Shown here: positions 24,127-38,933 of the stretch, piece by piece
Layout: every line of letters begins with the position of its first letter
How positions within the stretch are numbered: the stretch's first letter is position 1
Assembly: GCA_002189035.1 (NCBI GenBank)
Contig: NEEC01000014.1
Location: forward strand, 1,922,001-1,986,000
DNA from: Utricularia gibba
Lineage: Eukaryota > Plantae > Magnoliophyta
Direction of reading: 5' to 3'
DNA: 64,000 nt
Made by a program: the position numbers and the translations under genes
Notes under the pieces: generated by a model
Seen by the model: the letters and a program-made list of their open reading frames with translations, nothing else
Told to the model about the DNA's origin: nothing
Databases searched by the model: none

Positions 24127-26784
24127 TCACATTCTGAACACACCGTATTTGGTAGTTTCAGGGTCCCGCTTTGCAGAAGCAGCAAGGCAAAGGCCTAAGA
24201 TTTTCCTAGTGTCTGCGGGGTCGATAACTCCATCATCCCAAAGCCTCGCTGTGGAGTAATATGGACAGCCCTCCTGATCATATGCTTCGACAATACCTGC
24301 CTTGAAATTCTCCTCCTCTTCTTTGCTCCACTGCATAAAGTGATGTGAGCATCTGAGTGGTTATGTTTTGAAGGAGCGTGAGTTGTGATGATCTGGTACC
24401 TGGATTCCGGATTTTTTCTTGTTGGCACGTTCGATCTGAGACAGTACGCCTGCAGCCTGAAGATAATGTGTCGTAAAAAAATTGAGAAATCAACTGTAAC
24501 CATTGCCTAGTTTAATCTCTTTCAAGCGAAAATACTCGAATCGAAAAGCGAGGATTGAGTGATTGATTACCTGGGCGCCACCCATTACAGATATCCTCGC
24601 ATTTGGCCAGAAAAACAGGAAATTGGGACTGTAAGCACGTCCACACATGGCATAGTTTCCAGCTCCAAAACTCCCCCAACAATAATTGTAATTTTGGGAA
24701 CCTTAAAGAATACGGATGAAAAAACATGGAAAACAAGAGAGAAACTAGTACAAAGCAGTGTCAAAGATTCAAGAATAAAAGCCACCTTCGCACAAGAAAC
24801 CGCCATCACCATTTTAGCTCCAGATTTTGCTATACCATCCGCTTCAGCTTTTGAACCGACCTGTACCATTTGCATGGTAGTGGTGAGTGTGATGAACTTC
24901 AGCTCGTTGGCTTTTGGACTATAAATAGAGAATCCTATTCAGGAATCACAGGATTAGGGCATATACCATGAATCCAGTGATGTTCTGAAGAAAGATCAAA
25001 GGGATGTTTCGCTGAGTACACAACTCAATAAAATGAGCTCCCTTCAAAGCAGATTCATTGAACAGTACACCATTGTTCCCAATAATTCCAACATGCTGCC
25101 CATAAATTCGTGCAAAGCCAGTAACTAGTGTCTGTTGAAACAAAGCAGAGGTATGTGACATCTCAGAAGGGCAATAAATTAGTTAAAATCATGAAAATTA
25201 TAACGAAGTAAGGGCCTCACAGTGCCATATAGTTTCTTGAATTCGTCAAATGTGCTGCCATCAACAATACGCGAGATAACTGATCGGATGTCAAATGGCT
25301 GCTTGAGGTCTGTTGGTGCTAGTGATCTTAGTTCAGTGGCATCATATAGAGGCTCCTTGCAGTCAGATATATCTTGCTGCTGTCCACCCTTATCGCAGGC
25401 TGTATGCAAATTTTTTACTATGTTTCTTCCAATAGCTAGTGCATGCAGTTCATCTACAAGACAGAACATAAGATTTCTAAATTAGTGTCTTTCCAAGCCA
25501 ACATCTATAGAAAAAATAAAGAAAGAATTTACAGCTACAAGGAAGTATTAAAGCTTTCACCTTGGGCAAAGTAGTCCGACACACCTGATCTCGTACAGTG
25601 TACGGATGCACCCCCTAAATCTTCTGCTGAAACTTCCTCTCCAGTGGCAGCCTACCACAAATTCAGGGAATTTAAAGAATTGACCGAAGGTGGATATTTT
25701 TTGATATCAGAAAATACAAGGCGTGAAACATGGAAACATGCGTATTATCATAAGTGAACCAAAAGTTTCTTTTTTTTTTTGGGAAAACGTGTCATAAGTG
25801 AACCAGAATCTTAAAAGAAAGCCCTGCCATATAATGTGCACCTTAACCAATGGAGGCCCTGCCAGAAATATAGTGCCATTTCCCTTTACCATGACACTTT
25901 CATCAGCCATGGCAGGAATATAAGCACCACCAGCAGTACACGAACCTAGAACTAGTGCTATCTGTGGAATACGTTCAGCCGACATCTGAGCTTGATTGTA
26001 AAAAATTCTGCCAAAGTGTTCTCTGTCAGGAAAGACCTCCGCCTGCTTTGGAAGGAAAGCCCCACCACTATCCACAAGATACATGCAAGGAAGTTTGCAT
26101 TGAGAAGCAATTTCTTGTGCTCGAAGATGCTTCTTGATTGTTATGGGATAGTACGTTCCACCCTTCACTGTAGGATCATTAGCCACAAACATACAGAGTT
26201 TCCCGTGAACCGGTCCAATTCCAGTTATTACCCCACCCGATGGCAATACATCCTCATACAGTTCATAGCCAGCAAGCTATGTTCATAAAAGCAAGATATC
26301 ATAAATCATGCGTAACAAAGCTTGATATACAGAGATACACTAAGCATTTGATCATTGAAGACAAGTATTTGAGTAGCATAGAAGCCTATGGACAATCATC
26401 CTCCTGTCTAGGTCCAGCAAACAATACAGACTTGAGGAAATTGAGAAATTCAATGCAAACCTGAGAGAGCTCAAGAAACGAAGACCCAGGATCGATCAAG
26501 CGACCGATTCTTTCCCTAGGAAGAAGCTTATTCCTGCTTCTGTTCCTTTTCACAGCCTCTTCTCCTCCTCCGTTCATCACCTGCTGAATGCGAGACTGAA
26601 GCTGCGCTACGAGGCCTTCCATGGCTTCAGAGTTGCGAACGAAGGCTTCGGAGCTCCGGTCAACCGTATCGGAGAGGACATTGGAGCATAAAAGTCTGAC
26701 GAAAGTTGACAGGCTTGGAGCCGTCGGTGAAATTCTCCTCGACAAACACCTCAGCATTTCGGGGTTCAGCCTTCCGATCAGCAT
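24127..26784 (-). CDS. MCCB: Methylcrotonoyl-CoA carboxylase beta chain, mitochondrial (9 exons); apparent 1-nt frameshift at 24673-24677
   Basis: Exons 26784-26461, 26276-25842, 25651-25561, 25453-25221, 25131-24967, 24860-24786, 24701-24571 (131 nt, needs 132), 24456-24400 and 24330-24127. Motifs: [53 protein letters not shown] and YGVFRM*. Confidence 0.95.
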
Positions 26785-27276
26785 TCCATGCTCGAGCGAC
26801 GTCGTTTAACGCCACGATCCGTCGATCCTGCATCATTCAGCCGTCTGGTGTTTGGGCCCCCAATACCTGACCCATTGCAAGCGAGTCTACCATGTTTTCT
26901 GGCAGATCTTTTAAGATATTTCCTATTAAATTTAATTACTATATTTAACGTCGAATTGATAAAAAAAATGACTATATTCAAAACACGTTGAAATAAATGT
27001 TTAAATTCTGGGATATATTATATATTTAATCATCTGAATTTTTATTTTATTTTCCAAAGAAATTATATGATAGAAGTATGAAATTCGTTGGCGATAATAA
27101 AAATGTTGACGCTTTTCTGAACAAACGTTGATATTTTGAAATAAAAAAATATTTAAAAATATTCCATCGTTTTGGCGCCGCAAAGACTCGATAAGTACGA
27201 GCCGAGGATAGAGAAGCTGGCTTGCCACGCACGCTGAAAAACGACGGCGTAGCGCGTGAAAGCACACGCTCAAATG

Positions 27277-27377
27277 AAAATATCTTGGCTTGGATTGGGG
27301 AAGTAAATCGCAAGGTGCAGATATTTCTAATTTTCTTCACCCAATCCGACGTCGTATTGTCTTTCCTTTGACACGTG
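27277..27377 (+). promoter_or_regulatory. Evening element / ABRE-like / CCGAC cluster upstream of the COR27/28-like gene
   Basis: AAAATATCT at 27277-27285, AGATATTT at 27319-27326, CCGAC at 27346 and CACGTG at 27372. A further AGATATTT lies at 26914. Confidence 0.65.
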
Positions 27378-27500
27378 TAAAAAGGACTTCCATGTGGATG
27401 CTTCATCCTAGTCTGTCCCAAGCCTCTTTCCCTTCTCTTCTTCTTCTTCAGGTTGGTCTACGCTTTTCTTGTCGATTTTCTGATTGCGATTTGTTGTTCG

Positions 27501-28646
27501 ATGGAAGGAGAACGCCGCCGTAGGATCCCGTCTCCGCCTCCGAATTCCGATGGAGATTGGAACGATGACAAAGCGATGAGTGTTTCGGCATCAGATTCGT
27601 CCTCTGTAACAGGTGAAAATCGCGAAGAAACATTGCGATTCTCCGAGAATGTGATTCTGGTAATTCCTTTTCTATCTCTCGATTTTGCGTTACGATTAAT
27701 TCGTCGTGATGTCGTTGCGTTAATTGAGAAGAAATTTACGATTTCGCGGGATTAGGAGTCGTTTCTTTGGCTGATAATTTCTTCCGGTGCCACTTGATTG
27801 CTGAAACCTCAGTTTCTTTTGCGCAAGTTGTTTTTCTGGTCGTAGATGAGAAGGAATCCTTCTATAGGGTGTCTCACAAATCGCGCTATATTGCTGTTGC
27901 TTTTCCATTACGAAGGATGTTCCTAAATCATTTTTTCTGCAGAATGACCGGGAGCCATGGACAAATGAGAAGCACAACATGTATTTGAATCATTTGGAAT
28001 TTTCATTTGTCAAGAAGCTCCACGAGGCGAAATATTTTCTTGCTCCACACTCAGATAGCAGATCCGTGTCTGGAGAGTGTTCGAGAAATGATGTTTCTTC
28101 TTATAAGGTTAGAACATCCTGTCTATCAATCAGTCAATCCTTAGTTTTGAAAATAGCTTATTAATGTTGTCTGTTTTCAGAAGCACATCAGCACTTCCAG
28201 GAATAAGCTTTTATCCAGCGTTGCAGCTGCCGATTTCCATATTGTCATCAGGAGTGCTGCAGTATATAAAAGCAAGTATATGACAATGCACACCACATCC
28301 ATGTCGAAGCCACTGGAATCTGTAAACCATTGTCAAAGGACAAAGCATGCACAAAGAGTTGCATCTCTTGGATCAGCCGCAGGTTCGAATTTGCATGCTC
28401 ATCTCACCCTATTTGAATTAACAGGACACTATCTCACTTCACTGCACTTCTGGAGATCACCCTTAGCATTTATCGTCCAGTTAGCTGGTTCAAATAAATG
28501 ATCTCTGTCTCGCAGAGGGTACAGGGCAGAACTTTGTCGCGGAAGACTGGGTATACAGTTCCGGGACAGGACGGTCGAGGGCTGCAGCTGAGAGTCACGC
28601 AAAGAATCTTGAGTTGGATTCCAAATGCACACCTGTTGAATCTTGA
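27501..28646 (+). CDS. COR28: Cold-regulated protein 27/28-like (4 exons)
   Basis: Exons 27501-27659, 27943-28107, 28181-28382 and 28516-28646 join in frame. Conserved motifs WTNEKHNMYLNHLEFSFVKKLH and EGTGQNF. The choice between COR27 and COR28 is uncertain. Confidence 0.8.
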
Positions 28647-29611
28647 CCCGTGGGCCTCGCAATACAACGGTAAGCCCACAGCAATCTTTCTCGTCCATAG
28701 AATATTCGGCCTGTTGTAACTTCTGTGTATTCTTAAAAGTAGCTTCCGCGTGTTCTTCGATTTACATCGAAGAAATGAGTGAGTGAATCCTGCTTTCCGA
28801 CAGGACACTTCACTGGAGTAGTTTGATTTTGTTTGGAACATACCTGGAAAAGTAATGTTGAGACTTTTGACTGAAGTGTAAAATGGATTCTGGATGGTTC
28901 TAATCTTACCAATGAGACTGCCCGGCCATGGGAACTAGCGAGTGCCCCTCTCATACGGGCAGGCATCTTTGTGTCCTACGCGAACGAACCATTCGCGGGA
29001 CGGCGGACAGCTTTCTCAGTTTTAGTAACCGGGTTTCCCGGCTCCCTGCCTTCCGACACGTGGCTGCACCACGATGGCGACCTCACAGACGAGAAAAACC
29101 CACCCACCCGAACCCTCCTACCGTACACCACCGACTTCGGCCCCACGGGAACGTACCATCATCCATTGGCTCTAGAACCCTCTCCCATCATGGCTCTTTG
29201 GTTTGTTAGTTTTTGTAAATGACTCGTGTTCATAATTATATTTATTTGTTTGAAGTTTTTTACGTGATTTAGAAAACATCTCTAATCTTGTTTTTTTAAA
29301 ATTATTCTTTCATGTAAATTTGGTATTAATTTATCATCACCTATCCAATTAATATTCTTCTCAAGAGGAAGAAGCGGTTGAGAGTGACAAGAGTAAGGGA
29401 ATGCAAGCGCGGTCGCGATGCGGTAAAATATGCGTTCGTGCCTCTACATGTGTGTTACCTAACATTCGTTGTTCCGTACGTCATCATCCGCCTCTTTATA
29501 TGACTCGGTGAACCACCCTCTTCTTCCTGCGTCGACTCAACTGCACAGGACAGGCAGATAGCACAGGGATCGTTGTAATAAACCAGCCTCTGTTGCGCGC
29601 ATCCACTCAGC

Positions 29612-31750
<2,139 letters not shown>

Positions 31751-32290
31751 CCCCTATTAAATTCCAACATACATCACTCAACTGTATCTACTGCTTGTTA
31801 CATTATCCACATTCATCCCATAAGAATATTAACTAACCCATTGTGCCACCATCCCAATGGTATCGTTGTGTGATTTCGATGTTGATTGAACGATGACAGA
31901 GAGTTTCCAAAGCCACGCGTGCCCCAAAACTGCGGGAGGAGCCGCCGCGGTGGTGCTCGTGCTCTCTTGACTCTCTCGATCTCGCTTCTCTGTTCGTATC
32001 GTTGCATGTTTTCGATGGTTTTTCGTTCATGTGAATGAACCGCGCTTTCTCTGAAGGAATCGTTCTGGAATGATAATGGCCCTCCCATGCCTTCGGGTTC
32101 TATCTATGCTTTATGCTTCACCTTTTCTTTTGTGGCAGCTAGGTTTCTCTTCGATAGGTTCATCCGAAGTGCAAGTTTTTTCTTCCTGTGACGGTAGTTT
32201 TGGCATGTTATATAATGCACTTTGTATTGTCTCTAGGAATCAACTGGAATAATGCTGCTGCATTATGTTTTCTGTAAGTGTCGCTATGGA

Positions 32291-32389
32291 GGGATAAATG
32301 ATGAAGCCGTAATTTATTTTTTACTTGAAGAGGAGGCGCTTTGAGTTGGTTATCAGTGCTCAAGCGCTTTATTTCACTTCTGATAATCC
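32291..32389 (+). ncRNA. Candidate box C/D snoRNA-like element inside a putative intron
   Basis: Box C ATGATGA at 32298-32304 and box D CTGA at 32380-32383. The terminal stem GGGATA/TAATCC pairs at 5 of 6 positions, and there is an internal hairpin GCGCTTTGAG...CTCAAGCGC. It lies between a GTAAGT donor (32274) and an AG acceptor (32417). No convincing rRNA guide was identified. Confidence 0.35.
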
Positions 32390-33394
32390 ATTCTCCAAAA
32401 TGGCAATTTTTTTTCAGAGGTAGGATATTTGGTTGTTGCGTAGAGGGAGACAGGAAGAAGAACAAAGGTTGATATATTTTCGGACTCCATGTGGAACTTA
32501 ATTCAAAACACGATGGAAGGTTTTGCTGTAAGGATATCTTCTCATGTTGTCACCGTGGTCTTCATTTCGTACTCCTAAATGCAAGGTATTTTGATGGGCA
32601 TTCTGCTTGTGCTTGCACGCCATCCTTATCAACCCTGTTCTCTTAAGACCTTAAGTACACCACGCAATTTAGCGTGCTGGTTCCTTCGAATAGGCTCCAT
32701 TATCCTCCCATTGCATGATGACTGCGGCATATTTCTTGAATCAGCGAAGAGTTTCAAGTTCTTGAAGAATGAGCTTGGGACTAGTGTGTGTTTTGATATG
32801 TTTGCACTTTCATGCCTTGTTCTAAGGCTCATTTTCTCTCCATTTTGAGTCGCAGCTGTTGATTAACTCATTACTGTCTCTCTTTTTTTCAATGGTCACA
32901 ATTCTTCATCTACCATTCATGCTACCATCTGAATCTCTCAGAGCCCTGCCATACAGGATTATACTCTCTTCAAAACTATGTCACTCACCCTGCATGTTTT
33001 CCACATTTACCGGTGGATTCTGATATCTCTATAACACTATGACGTCTGAAAAGTCGAAGCAAATTCGAATAACATATACGATCTGGTAAGCATCGTGTGT
33101 CCTTTGATAATTTGCTTATTGCATTTCCATTTAGCACTTCTGGTATTCACAGCTTACCATTTCTTGTTAATCTGCTTACAGACTTAGAAAATGACGAGTG
33201 ATTGGAATCATCTTGTTGGAGAATTGCACCAGATAGAGTTCCTGGTGTAACCCATTGAACAAGCATTGTGCTCAGACTCTACACACTAACAAGAAAAACA
33301 ACTGCAGTTTCCTAATGGAGATGCCATTTTTTTCATAGCTCCGCATCATCCATCTTTCTCGATATCAACAGCATTTGTGCAGCAGCAAGCACAG

Positions 33395-34387
33395 CTAAGT
33401 TGTTAGCTTGTAGTAGCAGTTCTTGCCTGAAAGGAGCACCTCAAATCCCCTGCCGCAATTGCACTTGAAACGCAGGGCTAACAGATCACCTTTCTCCTCC
33501 ACACTCACAGCCTCATCTGAGGTAGAGTTTTCCATGTTTTCTGCATCTTGCTCCTGAAATTTTGAACATTGATTCATCCATTTTTTTCTATGTTAATCAC
33601 AAGGCTAGTTGATCAAGTGAATGTTGCAAGGAGATTGATGGGAGTTCTCGACCTTGGTGATCTCTTCATCATTGCTCTCAAGAAAAACTTGATCACACCA
33701 ATTCCGTATCCCTTTCACTGTTTCCTGTATTATTCGTAGTCTCTGCAGAGGAAAGAAACTATTAATGAACAGGTTTTGTTACATCTGAGCAACTGAAAGG
33801 ATTTAATTGACAACCTTTGCACAGGGACTGCTATGCGGAGGAGGAGAAGAGATGTTTGGCTGCTGAGATGCGCCGCTGATAACCGTCTGATCGGACAATG
33901 TGCGGTGGAGTACGGGCAGCGGCGCGTTTGGGGATTGGTGAGATTCTTGACCGGAGTATCTGATTCTGACGGGAGTTCCCTGCGGCGGCGCGTCCAAGCC
34001 CGTGACAGAAGAGGTGGGCGATTCTTGATATGGCAACGGTGGAAGAGGGAAATTGAAGTTGGCAGAGGAAGATACGGGGAGAGACGCCGTGCGCCGGATA
34101 GGCGCTGGAAAAGAATGCGGAAGATCCAGTTTGTTGTACCCCGCGAAGTTGTAACCTCCCGAAGACGCGGTGGCGCAGTGGCAATTCTCGGCGGGTCTTT
34201 TCTGTGATGCCTCCGATTTTTTAGGCGACTGCGACGGAGGAGGCAATCCTTTGCCGGAATTGCAGATTTGATTGGTACGTTCCGGCGTAGAATGATCGAC
34301 GGCGGTGAAGTAATCGCCGTGCATGAGCGTTTGTTCTTTATACTCCGGCGGGAAACTCAGATCCCCTTCGCTCATCATGAGATTCAT
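33395..34387 (-). CDS. Uncharacterised plant Pro/Ser-rich protein with a C-terminal FKCxCG..LLSG.NCYYKL motif (3 exons)
   Basis: Exons 34387-33815, 33742-33653 and 33553-33395, each a multiple of 3 with GT-AG boundaries. It reads ...RLRIIQETVKGIRNWCDQV...EAVSVEEKGDLLALRFKCNCGRGFEVLLSGKNCYYKLTT*. Confidence 0.72.
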
Positions 34388-34702
34388 CTAATCAATTAAC
34401 AGCCACGGAAACTAAACGCCTTTTTATACTTGCAATAAAGTAGCGGTTTTTTTTTTTTAATTTCAAAAAATTCAAGCGTGGCTCTTGAAAATGACGTCAA
34501 TATAATATTAATAACAAAAATAGCTCGTTTGATTTCTGTAGTGTGTTGGCACGCGCTCCCCCCCACACACACACCGTATGCGGTATGACGTATGTTTGAC
34601 CAAAGCCATGAGCTGGCATCTCGTGTGGGCCACACCTCCAATACTCATATATATATGAGCTGCGCTCCGTTTTTTTTTTGATTCGAAAGCCTGTTAATCT
34701 CC

Positions 34703-35299
34703 ATGCAAACGAAGAGGGAAAGGTCAGCGGAAACAGTGTCACCGGAAGAGCGCTTTGATGCTTCATCTCCACCGAGACGGCTCACGGCGGAGGATGAAGC
34801 CGCCGTCATGGTGACCGCCTTGAAACGCGTCATCTCCGGCACCGAATCCTCTTCCGTATCAGAAGACTTTCGAGCTCTGGAACGTGTACCCAAAGAGGGA
34901 GCGGCTCTCACTTTTACTGAAGATGTAGAAAGTTGTTCTCAATGTGGGATAAAGGGGTGCTTGGGATGCAGTTATTTCGACGAAGGGATTGGCGGTGAAA
35001 GGAAGAGGAAGAAGAATAATTACCGAGGGGTGAGGCGGCGGCCGTGGGGTAAATGGGCGGCGGAGATAAGGGATCCTCGCAAGGCGGCTCGCGTCTGGTT
35101 AGGCACCTTCGTGACGGCGGAGGATGCTGCTCGGGCTTACGACAAGGCCGCTATAAGGTTTCGTGGGCCGCGAGCGAAGCTTAACTTTCCGTTCTCGGAG
35201 TACGTCGGAGGCGGCGGCTCCACCGTGGCTGGGAACGGCGGAGAGTCAGACACTCCGTTGAATCCAATCAACGCTCTTCCTAATTCGTCTTCGAAATGA
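34703..35299 (+). CDS. ERF109: AP2/ERF transcription factor, ERF109/RRTF1-like, intronless
   Basis: AP2 domain [30 protein letters not shown]...AKLNFP, plus the group-X motifs [12 protein letters not shown] and [12 protein letters not shown]. Confidence 0.88.
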   Translation: MQTKRERSAETVSPEERFDASSPPRRLTAEDEAAVMVTALKRVISGTESSSVSEDFRALERVPKEGAALTFTEDVESCSQCGIKGCLGCSYFDEGIGGERKRKKNNYRGVRRRPWGKWAAEIRDPRKAARVWLGTFVTAEDAARAYDKAAIRFRGPRAKLNFPFSEYVGGGGSTVAGNGGESDTPLNPINALPNSSSK

Positions 35300-35737
35300 T
35301 TTGTACCAAGCAGAGTTCAACTTTGTGACTTCAGATTGATTATTCATTTGTTTGTTATTTAATTAAATACCATACAAATATTTATATTTATAAAAAAATC
35401 AGATTTTTTCCAAATCACGTGTGGTCGGTGTATTGGTCCAGGGCGTCATCCTGCGGTATGGACGCTGCTTCACCATCGCTTCACGAGCAAGGTTTGTTGC
35501 GAGGATACGCCACGCGTCTTTGCGAGCCGACACGGCCGGGAGTGTCCCTATATATATCTGACTCAGATTTTTTCTGCTGGGATCTTCTCAAATTCTGCGC
35601 TCTCAGAAGTTGCAGTTGAGCTGCAGCGATTTCGAGATTGGATTCTGCGAAGTCGTCATCTTTTTTAAACCGGAATTGTTTTCTTTTTTGTTATTTGAGG
35701 AGTTTCGGCGGAACAAAGGGTACGAGATTGTGTAGGA

Positions 35738-37816
35738 ATGGGTGGTTCTCAGAGTCGGGAAGGACTGGAACTTACGGAGTCGGAGTACTCAAGCGAAGAA
35801 GAGGAAGAGGAATTGAAAAATTACGAGAATCAAGCGGAACTGGAGGTGGGTACGGCGACGCTGGACGAGGTTGATGCGAGATTACGAGAGTTGAAGCTGA
35901 AATATCACAAGGATTCCATGGCTTCGCTGAAAAAAACTAAAGCCAACGTGGTAAATAGTGTTAAGCTTTATCTTCATATTGGGGGAAACTCACCGACGGC
36001 GAAGTGGGTGGTTTCAGAGAAGCTGACTTGTTACAAATTTGTGAAGAAGTCGGCGATTGATGACGAGGAGGGTGATGAACTGGGATTCGGTGATGGATTT
36101 TGGGTTTTGGAGGTGGGCAAGAAGATAAACGTGAAGGTTTCCACGGATTTGCAGATGAAATTCTTTGGGGATCAGAGAAGGGTCGATTTTCTTGATCGTG
36201 GAGTTTGGGCTTTGAGATTTTTCTCAGATGCTGAGTATAGGCGTTTTGTGACTAAGTTTCAGGACTGTCTGTTTGAAAACGCTTATGGTTTGAGAGCCAC
36301 TGAGGAAAACAAAGTGAAAACTTATGGGAAGGAGTTTATTGGTTGGGTGAAGCCAGAGGCATCAGACGATTCTGTTTGGGAGAACGCAGATGATGGTATA
36401 TGGAAACAGAGGGATAGGGAAACCAGAGACTGGTTGAAGGAATTTGAAGAATCCACACCAGTTGGGGGAATTCAGACCTTAGCTTTAGGAGCATTGGATA
36501 AGAGCTTTTTAGTAAGTGATTCTGGTGTTCAAGTTGTGAAGAATTTTGGTCATGGAATTCATGGGAAAGGAGTTTATGTGAAACTCGAAAATGGGAATCT
36601 GGGATCAAACTCGGCAACACCAAAGAAGCCTCTTCTGATGAGAGGAGAAACGAACATGATGCTGATGAGTCCCTTGAAGGATGGGAAACCTCACGCTACA
36701 GGGGTTCAACAGTTGGATATTGAAACTGGGAAAATTGTTACGCAGTGGAAGTTTGGAAAAGATGGAACTGACATTACAATGAGGGATATAACTAGTGATT
36801 CAAAGGGTTCTCAGCTTGATCCTTCGGAGTCAACCTTCTTGGGTTTGGATGAAAATAGACTTTGCCAATGGGATATGCGTGATAGAAAGGGAATAGTTCA
36901 GAGTGTGGCAACTTCTAACTCACCAGTTCTTCATTGGACTCAAGGTCACCAGTTTTCCAGAGGCACTAATTTTCAATGCTTTGCAACTGCTGGTGATGGA
37001 TCTATCGTCGTCGGATCGGCTGACGGGAAAATAAGGTTGTATTCGAAGAGTTCAATGAGGCAGGCGAAAACTGCATTCCCTGGTCTTGGTTCACCGATTA
37101 CATCTGTTGATGTTACGCACGATGGGAAGTGGGTGCTGGGAACTACAGATACGTATTTGATCTTGATATCCACTTTGTTTACTGATAAAGATGGGAAAAC
37201 CAAGACTGGTTTTTCTGGTCGAATGGGGCACAGAATCCCAGCTCCAAGATTGCTGAAACTCAACCCTCTGGATTCGCATTTGGCCGGAGCTGCTAGCAAG
37301 TTTCACGGTGGCCATTTCTCTTGGGTAAGTATCACAAAAGCCATCAACTTGTGTCTTTGCTTACTTACGCATTAGATTTTCCTACGTGTTCTCTGTGTAA
37401 GTAAAATTCTCAGATGGGTGTTAGTGAGTTTTGGGTAAATTTCAAGTCTTTAGAATTGCTTTATACATACATCAATGTGCCTATTCATGGCTAACTCAGT
37501 AATGCTTATTTGAATAAACCTTCTTCTTTTTCAGGTAACAGAAAGTGGGAAACAAGAGAAATATCTGGTGGCAACAGTCGGCAATTTCAGCGTGGTATGG
37601 AACTTCCAACAGGTGAAAAACAGTGGACATGGATGCTATCAGAATCAGAATGAGCAACAGCTCAAGAGCTGCTACTGCTACAAAATCGTTCTGAAAGATG
37701 AGTCCATCATCGAGAGCCGTTTCATGCACGACAAATTCTCAGCGAAAGATTCTCTGGAGGCTCCTCTGGTCGTCGCTACTCCTCTCAAAGTCACCTCCTT
37801 CACTGCCAAGACATGA
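35738..37816 (+). CDS. CYPRO4-like / VID27-family WD40-like protein (2 exons)
   Basis: Exons 35738-37324 and 37535-37816. Motifs: [37 protein letters not shown]...[34 protein letters not shown] and PLVVATP. Confidence 0.88.
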
Positions 37817-38390
37817 TGATGCAGGGGTTGTTCAGTTATCTCCCTTCGCTTTAGTGTACACCTGTGTAGTAAGAGGAAGATGACAAGTAGGATCCTGTTT
37901 TGTAGTTGTATTTGTAACCCATATTCAAAGTAGGTCCGCAAAAGGCACATGAATATGATTCCTTTGTAATCACATCAAAAGGCTCCACTTTGAGTCAGAA
38001 ACAAGTTGGTTCACAAAGAAGTGGAACATGCGTCTTTCATAGGGATCCACAAGGCAAATTCACGGTCACAAAGCACCCCAATTTTGATACAACTCGATGT
38101 GTGTAGGGAGTGAGCTCGATCTCAACACTCCACATACACCTTGTCCAGTTGCAGTATTGGAAAGTTGTGGTTTTGAACAGGCTCAAAAGATGCATAGAGA
38201 AGATGCACACGGCCACCACTTGAATCAAAACCGTGTGCCCACCTTATTCCATTTGTCTCTTTTGGTTCAGCCCCACAGGCAAAGTTGTTTATTCTGCCTT
38301 ATCGTATAGGCATACAACTGAACATATTCGCTGATCATTCAGCTATAAGAAACCACATATCCTCTGTTTCTGTTACTTAGCTGCTCCAAG

Positions 38391-38933
38391 ATGCCGACCA
38401 CCTATCGTGATCTTGAGTTTAATCTTTCAAAACACAAGTTTCTGAAGAAGCCCTCCAGACTTTTTAAGAAGAGTTCCAGTTTCTTGCCTGTTTATCACCC
38501 GAATACAACCGAACTGCGGCAAGTTTTCGACAAATTTGACTCCAACAGAGATGGTAAAATCTCTCCTGATGAGTACAAGGCAGTCCTGAGGGCAATGGGG
38601 AAAGAGACCGGAATAGCGGTCGAGGTGCAGAGGATATTCGAGGCTGCTGACATGAATCATGATGGATTCATAGATTTCAAGGAGTTTGTGGAAGTGCACA
38701 AGTTTGAAGGGGTAAAAACCGCAGACCTGCATCGCGCGTTTCAGGCATTTGACAGAAACAATGATGGGAAAATCACCGCAGAGGAAGTTCATGAGATGCT
38801 GAACAAGCTCGGGGAAAGATGCTCCTTGGGAGACTGCAGGAGGATGGTGAACGCAGTGGATGCCAATGGGGATGGGGTGATAGATTATGATGAGTTCCTT
38901 AGAATGACCACAAGAACCATGATCATTAACTAG
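38391..38933 (+). CDS. CML: Calmodulin-like protein with 4 EF hands (CML30-like)
   Basis: EF loops DSNRDGKISPDE, DMNHDGFIDFKE, DRNNDGKITAEE and DANGDGVIDYDE in a 180-aa single-exon ORF. Confidence 0.93.
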   Translation: MPTTYRDLEFNLSKHKFLKKPSRLFKKSSSFLPVYHPNTTELRQVFDKFDSNRDGKISPDEYKAVLRAMGKETGIAVEVQRIFEAADMNHDGFIDFKEFVEVHKFEGVKTADLHRAFQAFDRNNDGKITAEEVHEMLNKLGERCSLGDCRRMVNAVDANGDGVIDYDEFLRMTTRTMIIN

